A DNA stretch of 64,000 nucleotides from an uncultured Acidobacteriaceae bacterium (GCA_963841125.1 CAWJBH010000010.1:161049-225048); one strand, 5' to 3'; counted from the first letter of the stretch, positions 22,086 through 32,590 are shown. Notes: generated from the sequence alone by a model not told the origin. A program made the numbers and translations.

Positions 22086-24013
22086 ATGAGCGACCTAAAC
22101 GACCGCGAACTGGGAATGAAGCGCAATATCACGCGCCGTGACTTCCTCAACGGCGTGGCTGTGACCGCGGGCGCTGCGCTCATGCCGTGGCAGGTGTTCG
22201 GCTGCGGGCGATGTCGATCCCGAAAAATCTCAGGACTACTATCCGCCCGCGCTCACCGGACTGCGGGGCAGTCACGCCGGCTCCTTCGATGCTGCGCACG
22301 CTTTGCGCGACGGCTCTTTCTGGGACTCGGCCGGTACGCCCCAAGACACAGGTGAAACCTACGACCTCGTGATCGTTGGAGGCGGCATCAGCGGCCTTTC
22401 GGCGGCGCACTTCTATCGCAAGCTGCAGGTGTGAACGCGCGCATTCTTATCCTCGACAACCATGACGACTTCGGGGGACACGCCAAGCGCAACGAGTTTC
22501 GGGTGGGCCAGCGAACTCTACTGGGCTACGGCGGAACGTACTCCATCGAGAGCCCGGAGCCTTATAGCGATGTCGCCAGGGGCGTGATTGAGGAATTGGG
22601 AATCGATGTAACCAGCTTCCCGAAATATCTGGAGAGAGATCTCTACGGTTCCATGGGAAGAGTTCCGAAAATCTTCTTCGACAAGGAAACTTTCGGCAGC
22701 GACAAGCTCGTGGACGATCCATACCCTTTTCCTGGCGGCGAGACTTACGATCTGGCAGTCGCCGGGTCCGATGCGTGGACGCATTTCATGGCCGAAGCCC
22801 CGATTGCGGAGCAGGCGCGTAAGGATATTTCGCGCTTATGCCGGGAGAAGAAAGATTATCTTCCCGGACTAAGTGGCGATGAGCAAAAGGCGCGTCTGGC
22901 GCGCATCAGCTATGCCCAGTTCCTGACCGAACAGGCGGGCGTGCATGCGGACGTTATCCGCCTCTACCAGACAATCTCTCAGCCTCTATTTGGTGTGGGC
23001 ATCGAAGCTGTCTCCGCGCTGGATGCAGCGGAGTCAGGCTATCCGGGCTTCAGCGGAATGGATATTGTCCCGGAAGGGCGCTGAGCCAACGAACGGAAAT
23101 ATTTCTTCCACTTTCCCGATGGCAACGCGAGCATCGCGCGGTTGCTCGTCCGCAAGCTGATCCCGGAGTCCATGCCGGGCAATTCGGCGACCGATGTGGT
23201 CACCGCCAAGTGCGAACTACGCCAAGCTCGATGAAAAAGGATCGCCCGTGCGCATCCGATTGAACAGCACGGCGGTGCGGGTGAAGCATCTGGGTGATCC
23301 AGCGCGGGCCACCGAAGTTGAGGTAGCCTACGCCCGCGGCGGCAAGGTGTATACGGTCAGAGCGAAGCACGCAGTCCTGGCCTGCTGGAACATGATGATT
23401 CCGTACCTGTGCGAAGACCTGCCGGATACTCAGAAAGAGGCGCTGGCCTTCGCGCAGAAGGTGCCGCTGCTTTATACCAATGTGCTGTTGCGCAACTGGA
23501 CTGCATTTCAGAAGCTGGGAGCGAATTCCATCTACGCACCCGGCGGCTACCACACGCACGTCGACCTGGACCTGCCGGTTAGCATCGGGGAGTATCGCTG
23601 CCCACGCACGCCCGACGAGCCAACTGTGGTGCACATGAGCAAGTCTCCTTGCCGCGCAGGCCGGCCGGCGCGGGATCAACACACCGCCGGCCGCATCGAA
23701 CTCTACAACACGACTTTTGAAACCATGGAGCGCAAGATTCGCGAACAGTTGCTCCGGACCCTTGGGCCGGGCGGTTTTGATCCTGCACGCGACATCCTGG
23801 CCATCACAGTCAACCGCTGGCCTCACGGCTACGCCTACGAGTACAGCAGCCTCTGGGACAAGTTTGTGCTGGAAGGCGGCGAGACGCCGTGTGAGCGCGC
23901 GCGGAAAACCTTTCGGACGGATCGCGATCGCGAACTCCGACGCCGGCGCTCTCGCTTATACAGATGAGGCGATCAATCAGGCTTGGCGGGCGGTGGGGGA
24001 GTTGAAGAGCTAG
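22086..24013 (+). CDS. Tat-exported NAD(P)/FAD-dependent amine oxidoreductase (spermidine dehydrogenase-like), at least 4 frame switches
   Basis: Twin-arginine signal NITRRDFLNGVAVTAGAALMP. Dinucleotide fold YDLVIVGGGISGLSAAHFY, then ILILDNHDDFGGHAKRNEF. The rest lies in ORFs 22431, 23194 and 23717, ending LAYTDEAINQAWRAVGELKS*. Confidence 0.7.
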
Positions 24014-24082
24014 TTGTGAGTACCTGGTACCTGACAGAGCGAACGCCTCTGACGGCCATCTCATATATTGATTGCTGTCAAT

Positions 24083-25009
24083 CTAGCGGACAGTTCGCGG
24101 ATTTGATCTTCTCTGAATGGGAACGCTTGCTGGAAGGTTCGCGGAGCGCTCGAAATTCACTCGCCCAAAGCGCAGCGGCACGCCGTAGTGATGAGCGGTC
24201 CCGATGGCGCCGCCTGCCAGGGCGAGAATCACGACAACGAAGACAGCGAGGCGGCGGGGGGCTTGCTCTTGCCGCGGGGCGATGAGCGCGATCAGCGCGC
24301 CGACGATTAATCCCGTGATCAGGCCGCCGATATGCGCCGTGTTGTCGATGCCTGGGAGCGCGAATCCGAAGATCAGGTTATAGACCACAAATGCGCCGAG
24401 GCTGCGCAGCGTGCCTGAGAGCGCGGCGCGCGGCACGGAGAACTCTCCTAACTTGAAAGCGGCGATGAGCGCGCCGGCTAGACCGAAGATGGCTCCAGAG
24501 GCTCCGACGCTGGGTACATAGGGATGCCACGCCGCGCTGGCCAGACTGGCTCCCACGCCGCAGATCAGATAGATGGCGGCGTAGGTCCAGCGTCCGTAGA
24601 GCGATTCGCACAGTGCGCCCAGATTCCACAGACACCACATATTGAAGGCGATGTGGAGAAGACCTCCGTGAACGAAGACGTTGGTCAGGAGCCGCCACCA
24701 TTCGCCCGAGAGCGTGAGCGCGCCCGCGTTTGCGCCCCAGGCTATGAGTTCGCGCCCGGGGAAGTCCATGACGGTGGAGCTGGAGAGCGCCATGCCGAGG
24801 AACACGGCAGCGTTGATGCCGAAGATGATCTGAGTGAGACCGATAGTGGATTCACTGCGGCGGACCCAGGGAGTGGGCATGACGGTTTGCGGCGCGTCGT
24901 CGGCGAGTTCGCCGCGCTGCGCGGCCTCGTGCTGCACGCACCACTGGCAGATCTTCTTGCCGAAGGTTAAGCCAGGAAGCTGGCGGCCGCATCGAATGCA
25001 ATTTGCCAT
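24083..25009 (-). CDS. Rhomboid-family intramembrane serine protease with N-terminal zinc-ribbon
   Basis: Intact 308 aa. MANCIRCGRQL...CQWC ribbon. WRLLTNVFVHGGLLHIAFNM (HxxxxHxxxN) and GASGAIFGLAG (catalytic GxSG). Confidence 0.88.
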   Translation of the reverse strand: MANCIRCGRQLPGLTFGKKICQWCVQHEAAQRGELADDAPQTVMPTPWVRRSESTIGLTQIIFGINAAVFLGMALSSSTVMDFPGRELIAWGANAGALTLSGEWWRLLTNVFVHGGLLHIAFNMWCLWNLGALCESLYGRWTYAAIYLICGVGASLASAAWHPYVPSVGASGAIFGLAGALIAAFKLGEFSVPRAALSGTLRSLGAFVVYNLIFGFALPGIDNTAHIGGLITGLIVGALIALIAPRQEQAPRRLAVFVVVILALAGGAIGTAHHYGVPLRFGRVNFERSANLPASVPIQRRSNPRTVR

Positions 25010-25089
25010 GAATATTAAAGAGTATCAGCAGGGACGAGAAAAATCTTCAACACGAGGACACGGAGCAGGGTATGGCCCTAGATTCCTGC

Positions 25090-26328
25090 TCAGTGGATCG
25101 TCTTCGTCTTGCGCGACATGTAATCCATCAGCAGGTATTGGCCTAGCGTATACGGGGTGGTGAAGTAGGCTTTGCCGCGGCACATCTCGGTTACTTTCTG
25201 GACGAATTGCACCAATCCATAATCTGACGCGAGCATGAAGGTGTTGATGAGGACGCCGGCGCGCTTGCACTTCGAGACTTCTTCCAGCGTCTGGCTCACT
25301 ACTAGCGGGTCGAGGCCGAAGGCGTTTTTGTAGATGCGTCCGTCTTCGAGAGTCAGGGCGGAGGGTTTGCCGTCGGTGATCATGACGATCTGCTTCATGT
25401 CTTTTCTTTGGCGCTGCAGGATTCTTTGCGCCAGGCGCAGGCCTTCGCGCGTGTTGGTGTAATAAGGGCCGACCTTGACGCGGGCTAGCTGCGAGAGCGG
25501 GACTTCTTCGGCGGAGTCGTGAAAGAGCACGAGCGAGAGCGAGTCGCCGGGATACTGCGTGCGGATCAGATGCGAGAGCGCCATGGCAACTTTTTTCGCG
25601 GGAGTGAAGCGGTCTTCGCCGTAGAGGATCATCGAGTGCGAGCAGTCGAGCATCAGCACCGTCGCGCAGGAAGATTGATACTCGCACTGGTGAACTTGCA
25701 GGTCGCGGTATTCGATGTTGAGCGGCAGCGCGAGGCCTTCGCGCTGGATCGCGCTCGAGAGCGTGGCGGTGATGTCGAGGTTGAGCGTGTCGCCGAACTC
25801 GTAGGTGCGGGAAGCGCCGCTGGCTTCGATGCCGGTGGCGAGGTCGCGGGTGTCGTGGCGTCCAAAGCTGGATTTGCCGAGCGAGCCGAGCAGATTGCGC
25901 AGCGATTTGAAGCCGAGGAAGTCGAGGCTCTTGTCGGTGATTTCGAATTTCGCTTGCTGCTGGTTTTCGCCGACCTGGCCGCCCACGCTGGATGGTCGCG
26001 ACGGGTCAGGCGGTTGGTCGATTGAGATGTAATCTTCCTGCTGCATGCGCTCGATCAGCTTTTCGATGAGTTCGTCGAGTTCACCGTCCGCCGCCATTTG
26101 CTGCAGGCGCTCGCGCATGTCTTCGTCGAACTGATCGCCTTCCATCAGAGCTTGTTCGATGGCGCGGCGAAGGTCGTCGAGAGTCTGCTCGCCCTCAGGC
26201 ATTTCGTACCACATGTCGCTCTGGAAGCCGCTCTGCAGCAGGTAGTCGGAGAGCGCGCCGAGCAGGTCTTCCAGGCTCATTTCGCCGGCGGGGTCGGGAA
26301 CGTATTTGGAGTAGCGGATGCGTTTCAT
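25090..26328 (-). CDS. VWA-domain protein (partner of the upstream AAA+ ATPase)
   Basis: Intact 412 aa. MIDAS-like [20 protein letters not shown] and FHDSAEEV fit a VWA fold. Acidic N-terminal region. Confidence 0.75.
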   Translation of the reverse strand: MKRIRYSKYVPDPAGEMSLEDLLGALSDYLLQSGFQSDMWYEMPEGEQTLDDLRRAIEQALMEGDQFDEDMRERLQQMAADGELDELIEKLIERMQQEDYISIDQPPDPSRPSSVGGQVGENQQQAKFEITDKSLDFLGFKSLRNLLGSLGKSSFGRHDTRDLATGIEASGASRTYEFGDTLNLDITATLSSAIQREGLALPLNIEYRDLQVHQCEYQSSCATVLMLDCSHSMILYGEDRFTPAKKVAMALSHLIRTQYPGDSLSLVLFHDSAEEVPLSQLARVKVGPYYTNTREGLRLAQRILQRQRKDMKQIVMITDGKPSALTLEDGRIYKNAFGLDPLVVSQTLEEVSKCKRAGVLINTFMLASDYGLVQFVQKVTEMCRGKAYFTTPYTLGQYLLMDYMSRKTKTIH

Positions 26329-26331
26329 AAG

Positions 26332-26431
26332 CAGTGGTTAGTGGTCAGTGGTCAGTGAAATCAGTGGCCAGCAAGGCCTCACTGGCCGATTAGCTACTAC
26401 TACTAATCACTGACCACTAGCCACTGACCAC
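26332..26431. repeat. Inverted GTGGTCA-heptamer arrays filling the AAA+ / VWA spacer
   Basis: Left arm cagtggttagtggtcagtggtcagtga. Right arm tcactgaccactagccactgaccact, a near-perfect complement. Loop of about 47 nt. The element occupies essentially the whole 104-bp gap. Confidence 0.8.
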
Positions 26432-26432
26432 T

Positions 26433-27941
26433 CTAGTTAAACTGTCTTCTCTGCCGGTACGGTGGTTCTTCTTTCTCGAAACTCTTTTCGCGCTGCGGTT
26501 CGGGCTTTTTTTCTCCGGCTTTGAACACTCGTTCTTCATTGCGGCCGATGCGTTTGTGCGCGTGCAGGCCTTCGAGAATAAATTCCGCGGCGGAGACCTG
26601 CTGCTCGGGACTTTCTTTTGCGAGACACTTCAGCGGGCCGAGTTTGTCGATCAGGCCCTGAATCTCTTTCAGGTTTTCGAGAGCTTCCAGCGGCGGAGAC
26701 CGAATCCGACAACTGAATCTCACCGCCCAGGTCGAACCACTGCACGATCTGCTGCACGTTGGCGCCGGTGAAATATTCGTCGTAGGTCTTCGCGATGGCG
26801 GCGCGGATCAGTTCGCGGCCCACGTAGTCTGCGCCTTTCATCTCGCCTTCGTATTCGAGTTCGAGTTTGCCGGTGATCGCGGGCAGCGCGGCATAGACGT
26901 CGCTGACGCGGGGCACGACCAGTTTTTCGTCATTGCGCAGAGCGCGGCGCTCGGCGTTCGAGATGACGTTCTCCATGGCAGTGATCGGCAGGCGCTGGCT
27001 CACGCCGCTGCGCTTGTCGATTTTCTTGTCTTCGCGGGCGGCGAAGGCGATGCGCTCGATCACTTCCTGAATGTAGGTGGGCAGGTGCATCGCTTGCGCT
27101 TCGCCTTGACTGCGCGCTGGTCCAGGCTTCCTGCGCGGTGATGGCGATGCCTTCATCGACCGTTGCGGGATAGTGCGTGCGAATCTCGGAGCCGATGCGG
27201 TCTTTGAGCGGGGTGATGATTTTTCCGCGGGCGGTGTAGTCTTCGGGATTCGCGCTGAAAACGATGGCAACGTCAAGCGGGAGGCGAATGGGATAGCCCT
27301 TAATCTGCACGTCGCCTTCCTGCATGATGTTGAACAGGCCGACCTGAATTTTTCCGGCGAGGTCGGGAAGTTCGTTGATGGCGAAGATGCCGCGATTGGC
27401 GCGGGGCAGCAGGCCGTAGTGAACGGTGAACTCGCTCGAAAGTTCGTGACCGCCGCGGGCGGCTTTGATGGGGTCGATGTCGCCGATGAGGTCGGCGATG
27501 GTGACGTCGGGCGTGGCAAGTTTTTCCACGTAGCGATCGTCGGGCGTGAGATAGGCACTGGGAGTGTCGTCGCCGAGGCGCGCGACTTCTTCGCGGCAAC
27601 GGCGGCAGATAGGGGCGTAGGGATTGTCGCGAATCTCGCAGCCCGGCGAGGTAGGGCATGTGAGGATCGAGCAGCGTCGTCAGGGCGCGCAGGATGCGGC
27701 TTTTGGCCTGGCCGCGCAGGCCGAGCAGAATGAAATTGTGCCGCGAAAGAATAGCGTTCACGATCTGCGGCACGACCGTGTCTTCATAGCCGACGATGCC
27801 GGGAAAAATGCCGGAGTCGTCGTGGTCACGCAGGCGGGCGATGAGGTTGTCGCGGAGTTCATCCTTCACGCGGCGGGTGCGCAGGCGTTCTTCGGAAAAA
27901 GCACTGCGGCGCAATTCGCCTAGCGTGCGCGGAAGACACAT
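26433..27941 (-). CDS. AAA+ ATPase of the Mg-chelatase ChlI/BchI-like (sigma-54-interaction type) family, at least 4 frame switches
   Basis: [13 protein letters not shown]...[38 protein letters not shown] (Walker A-like). [11 protein letters not shown] (Walker B-like). [26 protein letters not shown]. Fragments in ORFs 27300, 26930, 26536 and 26433. Confidence 0.75.
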
Positions 27942-28088
27942 GAGGAACCCCCAGAGGAACTTCTCTGGATTATACGCGGAAGAGCGGGCTTCGGCTCGTT
28001 CGGGCTTCGGCCGCAACAATCGCTCAAGCGACAATCTGTCGCGCTGAGGGCTTTCGGTTTGCCGAAGCCCGAAGCCCGAAAGCCGCCC

Positions 28089-28698
28089 TTAGTGCACGTG
28101 GCCGTTGCCGCCGGCTTTTTCGCGGGCGGTGGCGGCGCGGCGGAGATTGGAGATGAGGATTTCGAGATAGCTGATCAGCAAGGACAGACGCTCCGGTTCG
28201 GAGCGCAGGGCGAGCAGCTTTTGTTTGAAATCCAGATCGAGAGGCAGGGAGCCGGCCAGATAGAAAGAAAGCAACGAAAGGTCGGCGGCCGAGAGATCTT
28301 GTTTCGCGCCGGCGATGCGCCAGCAGTTCGGAGTGCAACTGGATTGCGCGAGAGGTGTCTTCCGGCGGCGGCGGTTCCGGGTTCGTCGTTGATCATGAGA
28401 ACTTCGGCTTGCAGGAAGGAACGTTCCTGGTTGACGCGCACGACTTCGAAACGCTGCGGCCTTCGGTGACGAGGTCGAGGCGGCCGTCAGGATACTCTTT
28501 CACGACGGTGACGATTTCGGCCGTGCATCCCACATCGGCCAGACCCTGCCCGAGGGCGCGCACCACTCCGAAGGTGCGATGCTCGGCGAGGCATTCGCCA
28601 ATCATTTCTTTGTAGCGCGGCTCGAAGATGTGCAGGGGCAGGGGAGTGCCGGGGAAGAGGACGACATCGAGCGGGAACAAGGGCAGAAGGGCGTCCAA
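28089..28698 (-). CDS. LON N-terminal (substrate-binding) domain protein, at least 3 frame switches
   Basis: MDALLPLFPLDVVLFPGTPLPLHIFEPRYKEMI...FGVV...GCTAEIV...PDGRLDLVTEG is the Lon N-domain signature. The tail lies in ORF 28089..28274. Confidence 0.75.
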
Positions 28699-28793
28699 GC
28701 AGTCTCCGGTGGGTGAGTGCGAAACGCAGCGCGCCGTCCCTGATTGTATCGCAGGGCTTGACTTAACAAGTTGATGAGGAATAAAAGCGCGCT

Positions 28794-29581
28794 ATGGATC
28801 TTTCAGGGAAAGTTGTAGTGGTGACGGGCGCTTCCATGGGAATCGGGGAAGCGATCGCGAAGATTTTTGCCGATCACGGCGCCAGCGTGGTGATGCTCTC
28901 GCGCGATGCGGGCCGGGTGGACGCGGCGCGCGGGCGCGTAGGGCAGGGCGAGCGAACGCTGGCGATGGCTTGCGACGTGCGGCACCGCGAGGATGTTGAC
29001 CGCGCGATCGGGCTGACGCTGCATCATTTCAAGAGAATCGATGTTTGGGTGAACAACGCGGGGCATGGGCTGCTGGATTCGGTGGCGCAGATGGATATGG
29101 CGGCGTGCCGGGAAATGTTCGACACGAATTTGTTTGGAGCGGTGGGGGCGATGCAGGCGGTGATTCCGGTGATGCGGCAGCAGGGCGGCGGGACGATTAT
29201 CAATATATCGAGCGTGGCCGGGCATATTCCGATCCCGTTCCATGCGGCTTACAGCGCGACCAAGTTTGCGCTGAATGCGATGGGCAAGGCTGCCGGCGTG
29301 GAGTTGAAGAAAGATGGGATTCATGTGCTGACGGTTTGTCCCGGGATATGTGCGGACGGCGTTTGGCAAGAATGCGATTCAGGGGAATGAGTTGAAGCGA
29401 GTGCGTCCGGATCGGTGAGGGGGATTACTGCCGAGCGGGTGGCGCGGGCCACGCTGCGGGGATATTTGAAGCGCAAGAGGGAAGTGATTGTGCCCTGGAC
29501 CATGTACGTGCCGCAGAAGATTTATCAGATTTTCCCGGCTGTGGTGGAGTGGGCGATGGGGAGGATGGCGGGCGTAAGTGA
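28794..29581 (+). CDS. Short-chain dehydrogenase/reductase, at least 2 frame switches; 3' end approximate
   Basis: VVVVTGASMGIGEAIA (TGxxxGIG), VNNAG, ISSVAG, YSATKFAL (YxxxK). Continues as CPGYVRTAFGKN after a shift, then ORF 29415. Confidence 0.8.
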
Positions 29582-29612
29582 GCTTGTAACACAGGACACT
29601 GGGTCACAGGTC

Positions 29613-29927
29613 TTACGAATTACCCAACTCCGCCAGCATGGCTTCCATCTCGCCCTGCGCGTGGAGGTTGCCGGTGCGGCGGGCGGAGGCAATGCCGTCG
29701 GTGAGCATGGTCTTTGGCTTCGGCGATTCGGTCGGCGCGCGCCAGGGTTTGGGCGGCCATGAAGTAGCCAGGAGTGTAGTCGGGACTGGTCTTGAGCAGG
29801 AGGAGAATTCGGCAAGCGAACGATCAAAGTCTCCCTGCTTGGAATATTCCATCGCCAATCCGTAGCGGGCGAAGGCGTCGTTCGGATTCTGAGTGAGGAC
29901 GTCGTTGAGAGCGGCGATGCGGTCCAT
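29613..29927 (-). CDS. Small TPR-like protein; the ORF stays open but appears to hide a compensating pair of frame switches
   Basis: MDRIAALNDVLTQNPNDAFARYGLAMEYSKQGDFDRSLAEF (TPR-like) and the C-terminal GNLHAQGEMEAMLAELG. The middle SSCSRPVPTTLLATSWPPKPW is low-complexity. The alternative frame gives TSPDYTPGYFMAAQTLARADRIAEAK. Confidence 0.5.
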   Translation of the reverse strand: MDRIAALNDVLTQNPNDAFARYGLAMEYSKQGDFDRSLAEFSSCSRPVPTTLLATSWPPKPWRAPTESPKPKTMLTDGIASARRTGNLHAQGEMEAMLAELGNS

Positions 29928-29980
29928 AGGCGGTGTCAGTAGCCGGTTCAGGATGAGATTACTACAACTTCACTTCCACC

Positions 29981-30121
29981 GCCCAAATTGCCGGTAGTGG
30001 TGCAGTTTGGCTTTTGTACACTTTGTCATCCTGAGTGTAGCCGTTTCTCAGGCGTAGCGAAGGATCTCCAGCTTAAGCGGACCAAAGCGTAGCCAAACCG
30101 CACCACTGCCCAAATTGCGGG
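29981..30121. repeat. MITE-like element: 17-bp terminal inverted repeats flanked by a 14-bp direct duplication
   Basis: Direct repeats gcccaaattgccgg (29981-29994) and gcccaaattgcggg (30108-30121). TIR agtggtgcagtttggct (29996-30012) versus agccaaaccgcaccact (30091-30107), 16 of 17 complementary. The core carries gtcatcctgag...gcgaaggatct. Confidence 0.6.
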
Positions 30122-30723
30122 AACTGGCAGAGGCTTCGGGGACTGATTACAATGGCAGCTCCTCGATTCCACAATTCGAGTTCAGATCGGAAGGTTTGCG
30201 ATTGGCTTGTCCGTTTTTCATGCCAGTGGAGAAGTTGGAGAATGCAACGTGGCTGCATGCGGGGCGGCTTCCGCTGGGATGCGGATGGAGCGGGCGCTGC
30301 ACCGCGCCCGGACACGAGGGTGAACTTCCATCCCAGGAAGAACTGCGGGAGTTCTGCAACCTAGGGTATGCCGAGGGTTGTGGAAAGTTGCCGCGGGAGC
30401 GAGTTGGGATTCCGTGCGGTTCGCGGCTCGAACCGTGGGCGGTGAAGGGAAGAGTGCTCGCGGACGCATTCAGATTCGCTACGTCTGCGAGCGTGGGCAT
30501 CGCCCTGCGGAGCACGGGACGCTGGAGTTTGATGCCGTTGACGCGCAGTGGGTAGGAGCCGCATCGCGACCGCCGCGTGCAGCGCATGGCTGAGTGTTTT
30601 CTGGAGTCGTTCCTGGAGAAGAAGAAGGCACGGAAGCGATGCGTGCGGCAGCCAGCTAGAGACGCCCTTCGGCTCCCCAAGTTTAAGACTTGCGATCGAC
30701 AGAAAGAGGAAAGACAAGTATGA
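30115..30723 (+). CDS. Cys/His-rich conserved hypothetical protein, at least 2 frame switches; start uncertain
   Basis: CPFFMPVEKLENATWLHAGRLPLGCGWSGRCTAPGHEG...EELREFCNLGYAEGCGKLP. Then (ORF 30378) IQIRYVCERGHRPAEHGTLEFD. Then MAECFLESFLEKKK. The last frame ends at a TGA overlapping the next gene's ATG (ATGA at 30720). Confidence 0.45.
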
Positions 30724-31221
30724 GCGAAGAGATGCTGATGCCGCGGCCGGTGCGGGACTCGCAGTCGGAGATGGCCGAGATTGTTCTGCCCAATGATGCC
30801 AATCCGCTGGGCGCACTGCTTGGTGGCCGGTTGATGCATTGGATCGATCTGGCGGGAGCGATGGCAGCCCATCGCCATTCGCGGAGTTACGCGGTGACAG
30901 CTTCGGTGGATCACATTGATTTCCTCGTGCCAGTGAGGGTGGGGGATCTGGTGATTCTGCGCTCCTCGGTGAACCGCGTGTTCCATACGTCGATGGAAAC
31001 TGGAGTGAAAGTTTTCGTAGAGAACTACATCGCGGACACGGCGCGACATGTTGCGTCGGCCTACCTGACGTTTGTGGCGGTGGATGGCTAAGGGAACCAA
31101 CGTGCGAGTCGCGCCGGTGATTCCCGAGACCGCGGAGCAGCAGCGGCGCTACGACGATGCTGGGCGTCGGCGCGAGATCCGGCGGGCGGAGCTGGAGCGG
31201 CGAAGGAAGGCAAAACGATAG
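30720..31221 (+). CDS. Acyl-CoA thioesterase (hotdog fold, YciA-like), one frame switch near 31088
   Basis: SEMAEIVLPNDANPLGALLGGRLMHWIDLAGAMAAHRH...VTASVDHIDFLVPVRVGDLV. After the shift, KGTNVRVAPVIPETAEQQRRYDDAGRRREIRRAELERRRKAKR*. Confidence 0.8.
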
Positions 31222-31241
31222 CGATTTTTCTTAGGAGCATA

Positions 31242-31457
31242 TTGGCGGGAATTGTCGCGGTGGTAGTAACGGCCATCGCTTCACTGTTCGTTATTGGGAT
31301 CTATTTATCGATCCACCATCCGGTGGACACGGGAGCGGACACTGGGGCAGTAGGATGGGATCCGATCTCTCTAACAAAACCTGCGACGTGGCTTCTCGTC
31401 CTTGGGATATTTCTGGCTGGGTCCGTTTGGGAGTTTCTTCGTGCAATTCGAAAGTAG
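31242..31457 (+). CDS. Small two-TM membrane protein (hypothetical)
   Basis: 71-aa ORF with two hydrophobic segments, GIVAVVVTAIASLFVIGIYLSI and ATWLLVLGIFLAGSVWEFL. No family recognised. Confidence 0.4.
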   Translation: MAGIVAVVVTAIASLFVIGIYLSIHHPVDTGADTGAVGWDPISLTKPATWLLVLGIFLAGSVWEFLRAIRK

Positions 31458-31591
31458 CCCGCGGCCGGGCTTCGCCTAGTCCTGACAGCCGAGGCGGCTG
31501 TCTCCTCATGGGCATCGTTGTCTCGCTCTGTATAATCAAGGGTTAAGCCATCCTGCATTGATCCTTGGAGTGTGATCCTTTGAATGCACAT

Positions 31592-32432
31592 ATGCCGTCT
31601 CATCCCGGGCAAGCCGCGCCGGGGCCGCAACCGTTGCCGGGAGTTGACGCCATCATTGCCGTGGGTTCGGGCAAGGGCGGAGTGGGCAAGACCACGCTGT
31701 CGGTAAACCTGGCCGTGGCTCTGGCCAAGATGGGGCACAAAGTCGGCCTGCTCGATGCCGATGTGTATGGGCCGAACGTGCCGCTGATGCTGGGCGTGAG
31801 CGGGCAGCCGAAGATGGTCGGCGAAAATCGCATCGAGCCGCTGGAGGCGTTTGGGCTGAAGGTGATTTCGGTGGGATTTCTGAATCCCGGCGACAAGCCC
31901 ATCATCTGGCGCGGTCCCATGCTGCACCAGATCGTGAAGCAGTTTCTGGGACTGGTGGAGTGGGGACATCTCGATTACATGGTCGTCGATCTGCCGCCGG
32001 GGACGGGCGATATCGCGCTGTCGCTGGTGCAGTCGGTGCCGCTGACGGGCGCGGTGGTGGTTTCGACTCCGTCTGATGTTTCCTTGCAGGATGCGCGCAA
32101 GGCCATCGAAATGTTCCGCCAGATGAAGGTCGATCTGGTGGGCGTGGTCGAGAACATGAGCTATTTCACGTGTCCGCACTGCAATCACGAGATCGATATT
32201 TTCTCGCGCGGCGGCGCGGAGAAGATGGCGGCGCATTTCAGCGTGCCGTTTCTCGGAAGCATCGAGCTTGACCCGGAAGTGCGCAAGTCCGGCGACGGCG
32301 GAAAGCCGATCGTGCTGGAGGGCGAGAATTCGCCGCACGCCAAGTCGATCTTTGCAGTTCGCGCGGAAGGTCGCGGCGCGGGTGGGAGAGATCAAAGCAG
32401 GCGAGTCGGCCAGCGTGATTCAGATTCAGTAG
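31592..32432 (+). CDS. Mrp/NBP35-family Fe-S cluster carrier ATPase (ApbC-like), one frame switch near 32350
   Basis: IAVGSGKGGVGKTTLSVNLA (deviant Walker A), LDADVYGPNVP, VVDLPPGTGD, and YFTCPHCNHEIDIF (CxxC). Reconstructed tail ARKVAARVGEIKAGESASVIQIQ*. Confidence 0.88.
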
Positions 32433-32443
32433 GAAGATCATTT

Positions 32444-32518
32444 ACCACGCGCGACACAAGGGAACACGAGGGTAAAACTCTGCGTGACTACCCGTGTAGC
32501 CTCTGTGTCCCCCGTGGT
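32444..32518. repeat. Imperfect 75-nt palindrome between convergent genes
   Basis: ACCACG..GACACA..GGGAACACGAGGGT...ACCCGTGTAGCCTC..TGTGTC..CGTGGT, with outer and middle arms perfectly complementary. A related taccccgtgt tandem lies at 52118-52140. Confidence 0.6.
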
Positions 32519-32590
32519 CAAGATTTTGGCTGTCTCGCTGAGAAAATCGCGACAGCCGCCAACACGCGTCGGCTTCGCCATCCTTCAGAA

